This document shows, piece by piece, positions 12,040 to 23,152 of a stretch of DNA of 64,000 nt. A program made the translations under genes and the position numbers. Within the stretch, counting starts at the first letter, position 1; every line of letters begins with the position of its first letter. The DNA is from Psilocybe cubensis (taxonomy: Eukaryota), in assembly GCA_017499595.2 (NCBI GenBank), contig CM039006.1:2604001-2668000 (forward strand), written 5' to 3'. Below the pieces are notes generated by a model. That model did no database searches. It worked only from the letters and a program-made list of their open reading frames with translations, and was not told the origin of the DNA.

Positions 12040-13494
12040 AAAAAAACATGCAACAATCGGTGCCTTTATACCCGTTGTCCATTTAGCCCTCGACTTTCCG
12101 GTTCTCTTCTATCCCATCGGTCCTGGTCCAGGTCATGGTTCTGGTTTATTTTTGTTTCCCCCTCAAAAGAAGATTCAACGATCAACTCTTCACTGACTGA
12201 CTTGTAGATTCTATCATTGTCTTTACAATTAGAAGATGCAACACCCCGTTTATAGACGGACTTCAACATTGTCCGGCCCCCCCACCCATTGCTTATATCT
12301 TTCCTCTTTGTATTTCTAGTTGACGCATACCACGAATCTTACTTGACATCTATAAAAAAAAAGCATAATGTATATATTTCATGGCTATGACTCCGTTGTT
12401 ATTGAGTGTGCATGTGGTTCTGAAGGTGAGCGTAGGAATTTCGTATTTGTTTTTGGGCTGTTTTCGCTACTTTCAATGTTCCATGGCAAACCTGTGTGAA
12501 GGAGCTTTTCGAGTTGTTCGACGCGTGAAAGCCGCACAAATGCCAATGGCGCTATATATTGTAATTTATAAATTATAATAGGGCAGGAGCTTATGCATAA
12601 TATGAAGAGGGTCATGTCTCATGATGAGTTAAGAAATCGTACCGATGTGAATGGAATACTATCGCTTTCCCCTTCAATCAGTCGGTAGATTTGGGATACT
12701 GATTGCTGGTTGCTGAGCGCTGAGTACGAGTGTTCATGTTCTTCCTGTGCCGGAGGCACCCCTGACCTGGCCCATGTCATCAGGTGTTTTTCTGCGGAAA
12801 AGCGAGTGGCCCAAATGGAGAAGAACAACGTCCGCGTGCGGAGACACAACCGATGGAACTTTCAAGCCTTTTGTATCGGTGTAGGTTTGAGATAAAGTAA
12901 AACGCCGTATATGTGCCTGTCCGTCTTTCTTTTGGTTCTTCAAGTCATTAACGAGCTCTTTCCGATGAGCGTGGGAAAGAGATGGAAATTCCCGAACGTC
13001 CAGTCTGACTTGAGAAAGATTTTGTCGACTCAGTAGTTTTGGTGAGCTAGAAACTTCATCTCTTGCGCGCTATACGATCTACTTCTCACGTTCAAGCTGT
13101 ATATCATAGTTTCAGTGTTAGAACTTGACTGAAAGAAAGTAAGACCTTCATGCGGAAATCAAGTAGATCTGCCGTTTCCATGTTGCATTTTACCTGACCC
13201 ATGTGGAGGAGTATTCATTCTCCGGGGGGAAAATTGACAAAGAAAAAAGTCAGATAATGGGTGTCATTATGTCCAGAGCTGCTTATTTCTGCTGTGAGGT
13301 TGTCTCGTGTGGAAACTGACACGGGGTTATCCCTTTGTCCTATTGGCACCATTCGCACTTTGAAGTAATTACTAATAAACGGTCACCCTGGCCGTGTAAA
13401 AATAGCACACGCATGTTTCTAATCGCCGTAATATATGATAATATCAGGCCTTACAGTCATTTTTATTGATAATACCGTTGTATTGTAGTGCCAA

Positions 13495-14286
13495 TTGTCA
13501 TCAATAAACGACTGTTACTACTGTCCATTGACAAGCAGCCCATGTCTTTGGCGACTCTGCAGGTCTGCACACAGAAGCAGCGTCGATTGTCAATCAGCTC
13601 CTGATGGACAATTTATTAGCCCTACACAAGGAAGAAGCATTCGTTCAAATTGTCCATCACCTCCTGATGGACAATTTGATAATGACCTCCTTAGGGTACC
13701 TTGTTTGGAAAAAAGGGTGTGGCATTTCCTGGACTTGTCCATCATCGCACAAGTATACGTGGTTTGTATAGGACTTACTATATGCAGTATGATTTCTTGT
13801 TGTCAATCAATTTTCTTCATAACGCCAGGTATTGCCATTGTCAATCATCTTGTGGGTATTAAAATGTTTTTCCATGATTCATTATACGCAACGTTCTGCA
13901 CCTTTGTCGATCAATTCTTGGTGAGGCTCAGTTTGTTTCATTATTCAACGCGCAACATCAATTTGTCAATCACACCAGTGGCGTGTAATGGCCCGTCATC
14001 CCTTTCTTTCTCCTGGCCTATTGTCCATCATTGGTCATATCGGTGCCTAAATTTGTGCCTCGTTTGTCCATATAGGTTGTAGAACTATAGTAATCTTGTA
14101 CATCACCCTACAGCACATTTTTGGCGCATGCCCCCGTCCATTCAATTGTCGATCAGGCTCAGTGCTATATATACCTTTTACCTGTCAATTATTTAGCGCC
14201 ATGCAAAGCTGCAAGCGCTATTGTCAATCACAACGGATTTATGCCACGCGGCCAGCTTGAACGCTACTTGTATCATTTGTCAATCA
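13495..14286 (+). repeat. Left subterminal array of 10-bp motif TTGTC(C/A/G)ATCA
   Basis: Copies at 13587, 13650, 13735, 13800, 13838, 13904, 13963, 14021, 14146, 14221 and 14277, two inverted copies at 13602 and 13665, plus degenerate copies. Confidence 0.9.
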
Positions 14287-14374
14287 CACGCTATTTATAG
14301 AGAGCCCATCCTCGGATACATGACCTGATTTCTATAAAGGCCCACAGTTGAGGTTAAGGGATGCCTTCATCATC

Positions 14375-14728
14375 ATGAATCTTCGTTCAAGCACCAGTAT
14401 GTTTTTTATTTGTTTGCTCTCTCCAAGCGCATCCTAACAAATGCGGTATTGAATCTATAGGGAGGCTGAATGCTACACCAATTGGCCTTTTGATACCGCC
14501 TTTTCCAGATGATGGCGTCCTTTACTTAAGCCACAGGCAAATAGAGTATGTATTTGCTGAATCCTTCCTGACAGTTATCTATCTCTCATATGTACGACTA
14601 GACAAATTGCTTTGATATGTATTCAAGAACAAATCCGGACTGGTCAGCTTAAAATCCACGATAAATTAGATTTGAAAAGCCCAGATGTTGATGAGGGCCC
14701 CCGGCCAGAAGCTGCAAATAGAACGTAG
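14375..14728 (+). CDS. Putative 77-aa three-exon microprotein upstream of the transposase (not in ORF track)
   Basis: ATG at 14375. GTATGT..TAG introns at 14397-14460 and 14546-14601 keep the frame: MNLRSSTRRLNATPIGLLIPPFPDDGVLYLSHRQIEQIALICIQEQIRTGQLKIHDKLDLKSPDVDEGPRPEAANRT*. TATAAA at about 14333. Confidence 0.45.
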
Positions 14729-14923
14729 ATTTGATTAGTAATTGGCAATTGGCCACTACCATAATGGACCAATCAACGTTTTTGAACCCTTCTGAAATGT
14801 CCATCAGCGAGATAAAGCTTTCGTAACCAAGACAATCAACCTACCTTCATTCTATCTAAAGTTCATACCCACATATTTTGTTACTTTCCCTCCCCAGGAT
14901 CCATCCTTCAGAGTTTCGAAGCC

Positions 14924-17900
14924 ATGGGACGACAACGCAAGCAGAAGAATTTTCAAGTCGATGAATACGAATCGCCAGACGAGAAACTTGCCAAAGAGGC
15001 ATTGAAAGGAGACGTACATACAGACTATCTAGGGAAAAAACAGCAAACAGTTCGTCTTTCTCTGCCTGTTGGAGTTGATCCCAAACCTTTCCCTCCATTG
15101 ATGTCCAACGACTCCCCAACACCAACCCTTGATTGGGTGTTGCAAAATGAAACTCCATTTCGTGTGTTTGATGGTGATATTGAAATACAAGAAATGGAGG
15201 ATTGTGAGCTGGAGGCTTTGGGGATAATTAAATACTTTCGACGCACAGAAATCCCGTCCGAGCAATCAGACATAATTGAAAATCCTCAAAAAAAAAGGAA
15301 AACCCATTCGGTGAAGTGGATCTTACTTATTTACATCAGCTTTGTCTCTGATATTCCCCATGATGTGTTCTAACTTCTAGACACATCCGATTCATTTCTG
15401 GACCCCACACATTGACTCCTATGTTGACGAGCTGCTACGATTAGAAGCACCCGCTGGACCCATGGACCAATGCAGCAACACATCATGCACTGCTTTATTA
15501 GATTGTGCTTTATTTCGTTGTAGGGATTGCTGGGGCGGAGCTCTGCTATGTGCGGATTGTATAGTATCATTGCATAAGCAGAATCCGCTCCACAGAATAG
15601 AGGTTTTTCTATCTACAATTCCACAGTTATCTGGTCGCTTACCCATTATTTATCTCAGCATTGGACCGGTACATACTTCAGAAAAATATCTTCAAAATCA
15701 CTGGGTCTCCGCATCCAACTTGGCCATGCCGACGGTATTTGCGAGGTCCCCATCCCTGCGTTCAATGATAGCTTTGTCATAATATCAGTGAATGGGATCC
15801 ACGAAGTGGCTCTGGACTACTGTGGATGTACTATGGCACAATCTAGACCCACTCAACTGCTCCGTTCACGTCTATTCCCCTCTACAGTCAGCGACCCTAA
15901 AACTGCTGCGACCTTTGAAGTTCTCGAATACTTTCAGTTGCTTTCATTCAATACAAAGTCTTCTGGTTTTGAATTTTATCAAACTTTATCAAGGTTGACG
16001 GATAACACGGGAACAAAACCACCTCCAGTAAGAACTTCGTACTAACATTTATTTTCCAATGGCGCTAATGCTTAAGCTTTTGAGGATTGTTATCCTGTCT
16101 TTATGCGCATCGTAAGAGAATGGAGACATGTTAGGTTGCTTAAGCGCATGGGGCGCGGCCATGCAGAATCGGGCGTTGAAGGGACAAAAGAGGGAGAATG
16201 TGCTGTTTTGTGCCCCGCGTGCCCTCATCCGGGTATCAATATTCCGGAAAACTGGCAAGAGCGCCCAGAATCTGAGCAGTGAGAGTTTTATTGCTTTTGT
16301 CTATCACTGTCTTAAATTTACACTCTTATAGATGGATTTATTCACTATTTATTGGAATAGATGCAAATTTTCGACTCAAGAGAATGAATGTATCAAATGA
16401 CGATCGAGATCCCCCTTTAAACCATGGCTATGCTTACATGGTTGAAAGTAGGAAGTTCAGAGAATACTTGGACACTTACGACTCAAAAATTCCCGATGAG
16501 AAAAGTAATTGCAATAATCATGACGCTATCAAATCTGCAAGCATTCGAGGTGGAAAAGGAACAGCCGCCAGTGGGTTAGGCACTATTGAATGCAGTCGAC
16601 ACGATATGAAGCGTCCAGTATCCGTTGGAGACCTTCAAAAGGGCGAAAGGTATGTATTTGATAAACTGTAAAAGTTATCCATCAATCTCTTACCATCTTA
16701 TCAAATTGTCCATCATTCTTGCTCGTAATCACCAATTACGGAACATTGAGATATGTTAATATGGATTACTTTTTTCTGTCAAGCATCGCATTCATACTTC
16801 TCCATCGCTTGGTGGTATCTTATGACATTGCTTGCCAGTGGTGGTGTAATCTGATGAAACGGTGTTTAGTATATCCTCCAAACTCACTTTCAACTTTGAA
16901 TCTAGACATTGTGTACTTGGTACCAAAATTTCACCTTCCAGCGCATATCCCAAAGTGTCAAACCTCTTTCTCATTCAATTTCACTCCTGGAGTTGGGCGC
17001 ACTGATGGCGAGTCTCCTGAACGTGGTTGGTCATCAGCAAATGGAATTGCCAGTAGCACAAAGGAAATGGGGCCAGGATCTCGGAACGATACCCTGGATG
17101 ACCATTTCGGGGATTATAACTGGCGCAAAATCATTGGAATGGGTAGGAAACTTACTATTGCTTTTTGACATATCTCATGCTTCAATTTACAGCCAACACA
17201 TTTGTACGCAAGGCCAAAGAGGCCATTACCGCTCGGGAGGAGCACGTAGAGGCTTTCATTGAATTTGATGCTGCCTTACCGGTAGAAGTCACTACGGAGT
17301 GGACACGGCTATGTCAAGCATGGGAAAAGGATTCTAGCCAAATAAACCCATATGTCATTCCAAAAGGAAAGGGAAAAGGCGGTGAGTAATCGAAAAAGGG
17401 TACTAGAATTCCCTGATATTCAACTCCGATTGATAGCCACTGTAACTGAAAGGGATGTGCGACTAAAGCTTGCCGCTGAGGATGCAGCCTCCCTGGCTAG
17501 GGGAGACGCCATACAAGTGCACGATGATATTAGTCCAAGCCTTCTTATATATCAGGGACTCCAATTTGAGGAACTTCAGTATGTTCTGGTTACCTGTTAC
17601 AAACCTCAGCCACTTACTAATTTATCTACAAGGCACCGTATTACACATGATAGCTCCAAACTCGGACTTCACGCTACCAGTTTACAACAGTCAAGGATAT
17701 TGGAACGGTCCAACTCCCTCCGACGTCGCATAGATGCCTGGATATCCATCCAGCATTTATACATGCCTGTCGTAGCTTCGATCCGCTCGCGTGATGATGC
17801 GGGAGCTACAGAACCAGTTGCTGTGCAGGATATAAAGCTTTTCCTCCCCTCATTCAACACTGTTACTCTCCAATGTTCACACTTGTTGCTAAAATGCGAG

Positions 17901-18682
17901 TGGGAGTATCGAAATGCACAAGCCGAAGAAACTCTAACATCACTCCGGGCACTTCTGTTGCTGCGGTCGCATATGTACAAGTCAAAACACCAACATTCTC
18001 GTGGCCAACGCATGCAAACTCGAAGTCAAAAGCTACTATCAGATGTCCAAGATAAAATTAATTATTTGGTGAAGACATATAGGAGGATACATACAGCATT
18101 AGAAAACCTGTCTCCAAGTCTCATTGAAACCTCGTGGCGCACTGTGTATCGCCCTCTTCTTGACGAAGACGTGGCTGGTCTGACATCATTGGACGATTCT
18201 GGTAGCGAAGGCAGGAAGCAATTGTCATGGATTTGGAAAGTCCAAGGAACTGGCGCTGACGCCGATGCATGCACCCAAGCAGGTAAGCAGACCATCCGCA
18301 AGAGTACTATAACTTAATTTTGCCGTTTCTTATTTCAGCTTTACGTGTAGAGTGGTGTAAGTCGCGTGCGAGGGCTCATCGTTGGCAAGAGGAGTGCATT
18401 TTGCTTGCTGAAGAAATGCGCCGGGTTATAGGCTATTTTGAATGGAAGAAAAATCAGTGGAAAAATTGCGTGGCAGCAGTCCAAGCACAGTACAGTGCCG
18501 ATTCAGAGTCCGTAATACCAATGCAGCAGGAACTTTGCAACGGAAAAGTTGCTTACGCACATCGACAACAAGCAATTTGTGGAGATATCATGCTACGTTG
18601 CCAGAATGAATGGCAGGGTCTTTCACACTTGCTAACACATATGGAAGGGCGGAATGCATGGGTTATGGTAGAATGTCATTAA
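14924..18682 (+). CDS. CxC2 cysteine-cluster + KDZ transposase (multi-exon)
   Basis: FRCRDCWGGALLCADCIVSLHKQNPLHRIE|HWTG, LGLRIQLGH, NGIHEVALDYCGC, CPACPHPGINIP. Catalytic-type motifs GIDANFRLK, CSRHD, DLQKGER|YVNMDY, VSYDIACQW, PKFHLPAH, GRTDGESPERGWS. C-terminal RVEWCKSRARAHRWQEEC..EEMRR. Confidence 0.93.
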
Positions 18683-18836
18683 CGTGTGTAGTCTCTTTTC
18701 AATAATCAAAAATTCTACCATAATTAAGAGTTCAGTTTGCGGGGCTAAAAGCTTTTGATAAATTCTGTCCTTCTTGGTATGTACGATTTTCAAGGCCCAA
18801 GTCAATTTATTTTTCAAGTTAGAGACAGACGACAAG

Positions 18837-19842
18837 TCAAAATATACGTGATATAAAACATTCAAGAATTGACGTGTGGAAAAAACGGAGCAGTTTACAT
18901 TTCAAGACGATATGTTTGAAGATCTGACGGACCATCTTAGAGTGCAGCACTGTCTGTTTCATCAGAAGTGGGGCCAGAAGCAGTGGTATCCGGAATATAC
19001 ATGCTTCGGAGGGGGGATGGACCAAGTTCTCCAGAATGGTGCCTAAAGGCGGCGCACTTGATCGTTGGTTCCTGCGACCTCACAATCTTAGACCTGGGGG
19101 TAAGTAAAGACTAAATCTCAGAAAAGAACAGCTATACCATTCTTTGCTGACATCCTGCAGCAAATTCCGCCAAGAGCTGCGCATCTTTAAGAACGTCTTC
19201 ATCCTCCTGGAGCCGAAAGACCTTCTTGCGTTGGGCCTCAAGGTATCTTTGCGCTTGAATTTGGCGTTCGTTGACTTTCTCCTGATGTTTGGCCTCCTGT
19301 TTCTTACCATGGATTTCTTCTTCATGTCGACGAACTGTCTCGTCGCAAAACTCTTTCCAGTGTAAGGTGGCAGGATGACACCAAACTCCAGCAAAACACA
19401 ATTCAATAAATATTCTCTATTGAGCCTGTTAGAGAAATCATGGACGGATTTGAAAACACGAAGATACGCACCCGACGAGTGATTTGCCTTCGATGAGCAA
19501 CAGCTTCCAGATCATCCTTGTCTGTTGGTATCTCTGGCCATAGGGTGAACCACACAGAGTAGAAACGGTTGAGGAAAGCCTTCCTCTCCCCAATCCTCCA
19601 CGCTTGCATGTAGTAGGGGCCTGCCTCCTCAGTGAGCTTGAATTGTGCGGCTGCAACGGTGCGTGATATCATCTTGCGACGAGGTTGGATAGTGACAGGC
19701 TTTAAAAACACATTAGAAGCGTGTCATTCTTGTCGGTTGAAACTGAGATGCTTACCGGGTAGGGGTGTAACACCTTGGACTGCAGTGAGTTGTCCCTACT
19801 TGTAGTTTTATCCTTCTTGACGTTGCGTGTTTTGGGCATCAT
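18837..19842 (-). CDS. KDZ-element cargo gene A, hypothetical (3' end uncertain)
   Basis: Spliced exons MMPKTRNVKK...HPYP|PVTIQPRRK...KAFLNRFYSVWFTLWPEIP...|RIFIELCFAGVW...coiled-coil-like EEEIHGKKQEAKHQEK. GT-AG introns. Confidence 0.55.
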
Positions 19843-20355
19843 AAAGCAGTTGCGATGGAAGTGAAGAGTGAGGAACACACACTTGACGATTGCGTGGATT
19901 ACCCGCCTATAAACCCGTGTACAAGGTTCGTACTCCTCTTGAAGTCCATTTGATGGACAATTGCCAAAGGAATGACAGGAATTGCCTGTCATGCTTGAAG
20001 AATTGTCCATGGGCGCTTCAGTAATTGATGGACAATTGTTGAAGGTGATGGATAAGTCAAGCGCACATGTACCTCAATGACGTAGTATCGGTTATTGGTA
20101 CACCCGACCCGGTCTATGATTCGTGGGAAGGTTGGCTGAAACATACAATAACATAGAAATGGTGTAGATAATGATACAAGCTATGTATGGATTCTTTAAA
20201 GTCATATTTGGAATCAGAATAATAATCCCTTTCAAACAATACCTCTTTGAGGACAGTTTTCTACAGTTGCTAGTAAAAGTTAGAAGAATCCGTGGTTCAG
20301 TCACAACTTGACTACGTTTCACAAGGCAACGCACACTTTGTCCTGTACCACCACT

Positions 20356-21047
20356 ATGGGTAGACCCAAAAAATACAAAACCGACGAAGAACTAAAAGCT
20401 GCCAATCGTGCCAAAGCAAAACGGCATTATTATAAGTAAGTTTATTCAGCCAGGCAAGTAAACTACAGCGTACTAATTAATATTCAACTGTTTTCCTAAC
20501 AATACAGAGAGCGAGGCAAGATTTTGACGGAAAGACGTGGGACATACAAAGAATGCCACCCAGACCTGTACGTTGGATATTTTCATATAGTGCTATTGAC
20601 ATACTAAAGATATCTATCCTAAGCTCTGAAATTCCGGAAAAAAGAGGGAGTGTCGTAACCCATATAGAATTAGAGAAACCGGAACCCCTTGGAGTGTGGA
20701 TGGATCAATGTTGGAGACTCCAGCGACGATTTTGGCGCTTCATCGGAGAAGATCAGAAGTCATTTCTGGATACCATATGCCAGAAGTTCATAGACACCGA
20801 AGACGATACAGAAATCGAAGAGCATCTCGCCACATTACACAACTTTGAGACATCCATTCAGCGTTATAAGGGAAAGATTCTACAGATTTCAGGCGTAGAA
20901 AAGCCTCTCCTCCAGGTTCAAGAGATAGAAAGGCAGATTCATACATTGATAACTTACTTACAAGACATACTATGCCTTACTCTCTTCGACCACTCTAGCT
21001 TCCAAAAAGCCTTTACTTTTCGCCAGTTTGACTATCAAAAGGTGTAA
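20356..21047 (+). CDS. KDZ-element cargo gene B, small basic protein with N-terminal AT-hook-like GRPKK
   Basis: MGRPKKYKTDEELKAANRAKAKRHYYK|ERGKILTERRG..|SEIPEKRG...WMDQCWRLQRRFWRF...FDYQKV*, with two introns. Confidence 0.7.
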
Positions 21048-21222
21048 ATAGGACTCTTATATCATATCACACATTTTCACTTTGGATGCAAACATGATAT
21101 TTTTTAAGCACGGTATATACACATAAATGGAGGCAGTCCCAGCACAACAAGCAAACAGATAGGTACGACACGATAATAGCAGGTGGGACAGCAAGGTGAT
21201 AACAAACGGGAGCAAAAGATGA

Positions 21223-22797
21223 CTAGACCCCTTTGACTTCAACGTTTCCCGCATCAAGAGCCTCTTGGAAGGCGGCATAAGCAGCTGCCTCATTACTGTA
21301 CCTCCTGTAGACGGATCCCCTGACTCCAGTGACAAGGGGGGAGACATTGTGCCTATAACTGTTTCAGAACAAAAAAGAGAAAAATCTCATTGAAATTACG
21401 TACCAGCCAGTAAACACACCAACTCGCTTTCCCTTAGTCACAACATAGTAAGGCTCCGGAGTATGGAAATGAATCTGCATTTGGCAATTAGGACAAAATC
21501 CTGTGTGAGCGGCTGCAACGGGGGCGGCTGCAACAGGAGCAGTTGCGACGGGGGCGGCTGCGATGTGGTTGGCTGTGACGGGGGCTGCGGCTGCGACGTG
21601 AGCAGTTGCAATAGGAGCAACTGCGATGGGGGCTGCGACGTGGGCGGCTGCAACAGGAGCAGTTGCAACGGGGGCGGCTGCGACGTGGGTGGCTGCAACA
21701 GGAGCAGTTGCAACGGGGGCGGCTGCGATGTGGTTGGCTGCGACGGGGGCTGCGGCTGCAACGTGAGCAGTTGCAATAGGAGCAACTGCGATGGGGGCTG
21801 CGACGTGGGCGGCTGCAACAGGAGCAGCTGCGACGGGGGCGGCTGCGATGTGGTTGGCTGTGACGTGGGCTGCGGCTGCGACGTGAGCGGTTGCAACAGG
21901 AGCAACAGGAGCAACTGCAATGGGGGCTGCGACGTGGATGGCTGCAACAGGCGCAGCTGCAACGGGGGCAAATGCAACAGGAGAGGCTGCAACAACGGCC
22001 TCTGCAACGTGGTTGGCAGCTACGCCAGATAACGCCATATCATCAGGTATATCAGAAACGTAGGAAATGTTGTCTTCATCGTCGCTGTCCTCAACAAAGA
22101 TACAAGCATTATCACTGGTGAGAGGATCTTCCTCACCATGTGATGCATGGGTTGCAGCTTGGGCGGGAATCAATACCAGAAAGCGTATATTAAGGTGCAT
22201 GTTACGGGACTTACCTGTTGGAACACCAACCTGCTCCATGAATAGTGCATCAATTACCGCATTACGCTCGGCGGCACGGTTGTCAGAGAGACCTAGAAGA
22301 TAAATCAGTCAGAGGGAAGCAGCTCCAGTCGGTGCTTGAACTGACGGATAGCTTCGGTTGGTCCTGCATCTGATCGAGTATATATCAGTTAGAAACGGAA
22401 GTGTATTGGTTAATATTAATACATACAATTATCTGGGACGGTGTGAATATCTATAATGGGGAAGAGAAAACTTATTCAATGGAATAGGCGCGCCCCCATG
22501 AAGAAGACTTACCAATGGATGTTGCGTTGTTGGGACAAACATTTGAATTGAACCCAATGATGCCAAAACGACGAAGGCAGAAGACAATGGCCACAATGAG
22601 ATTGCCCATTGGGATGTCTTCCACACCGTTGTGACTGACTATCGTATCAGTTAGTAACGCTGAATCAGTGGTTTGACAGGATGATTACCGGGAAGCTCCA
22701 ATGCTTCAAGAGCGGCACTAATAGTGTCTACATTCAATTCCATTGCATCTGTATTGTCGGCGTTGTTCTGGATGCTTGTGAGCAAGGGAGGTGTCAT
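21223..22797 (-). CDS. KDZ-element cargo gene C: Ala-rich repeat protein with C-terminal RNase H1 N-terminal (hybrid-binding / caulimovirus viroplasmin-like) domain
   Basis: Multi-exon, starting MTPPLLTSIQNN. An Ala/Pro/Val/His repeat is followed by CPNC and PYYVVTKGKRVGVFTGW|HNVSPLVTGVRGSVYRRYSNEAAAYAAFQEA, which matches the YxVxxGxxxGVYxxWxxxxxxVxG...xxFxxxxxAxxF pattern. Confidence 0.78.
21505..22025 (-). repeat. Coding minisatellite (~15-bp units with higher-order repeats) encoding APVAA/AHVAA/NHIAA
   Basis: Repeated ggctgcaacaggagc / ggctgcgacgtg / gcagttgc units. The block AAAHVAAPIAVAPIATAHVAAAAPV.ANHIAAAPVA recurs. Confidence 0.9.
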
Positions 22798-23152
22798 TTT
22801 TGGAGCTCAGTGAGTGGGATATTTGGAAGGTTGAGTTGGGGGATATATGGGAAGATTGCCCTTATTTGAATCGATGGACAACTATACAGTAGCTCGGTAA
22901 ACGGCGGAGAAGCCGAATTGGTAAGCCAAGCCACAGATCGGATGTAGATTATGGAAGCTACGAGCGGCAGTGCTGGGGAAAGGGCCGCTGAAGGAGGGAG
23001 CACCCATTCAGCCCAGAGGAGTACTCGATATACATTGTAGGCGCCTCAAAAAATATATTTGGTATATGTTGCTGATATATTCTTAGATCACTTATTCTTG
23101 GAACATATCACCGGCACTTTTAATATCTGTGACATTGTTTTTCCGTGCCAAG

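Noticed and set aside
12619-13050. Short overlapping ORFs downstream of SHMT
   Set aside because: No coherent gene model or motif; at most a decayed fragment.
13495-14082. 195-aa ORF at the left end of the KDZ element
   Set aside because: It has a non-ATG start, overlaps the subterminal motif array, and shows no recognisable protein features.
21463-22032. Cys/Gly-rich plus-strand ORF resembling a metallothionein, and Gln/Pro-rich alternative frames
   Set aside because: These are shadow frames of the GCN-rich minisatellite. The Ala-rich minus frame splices to a recognisable domain.
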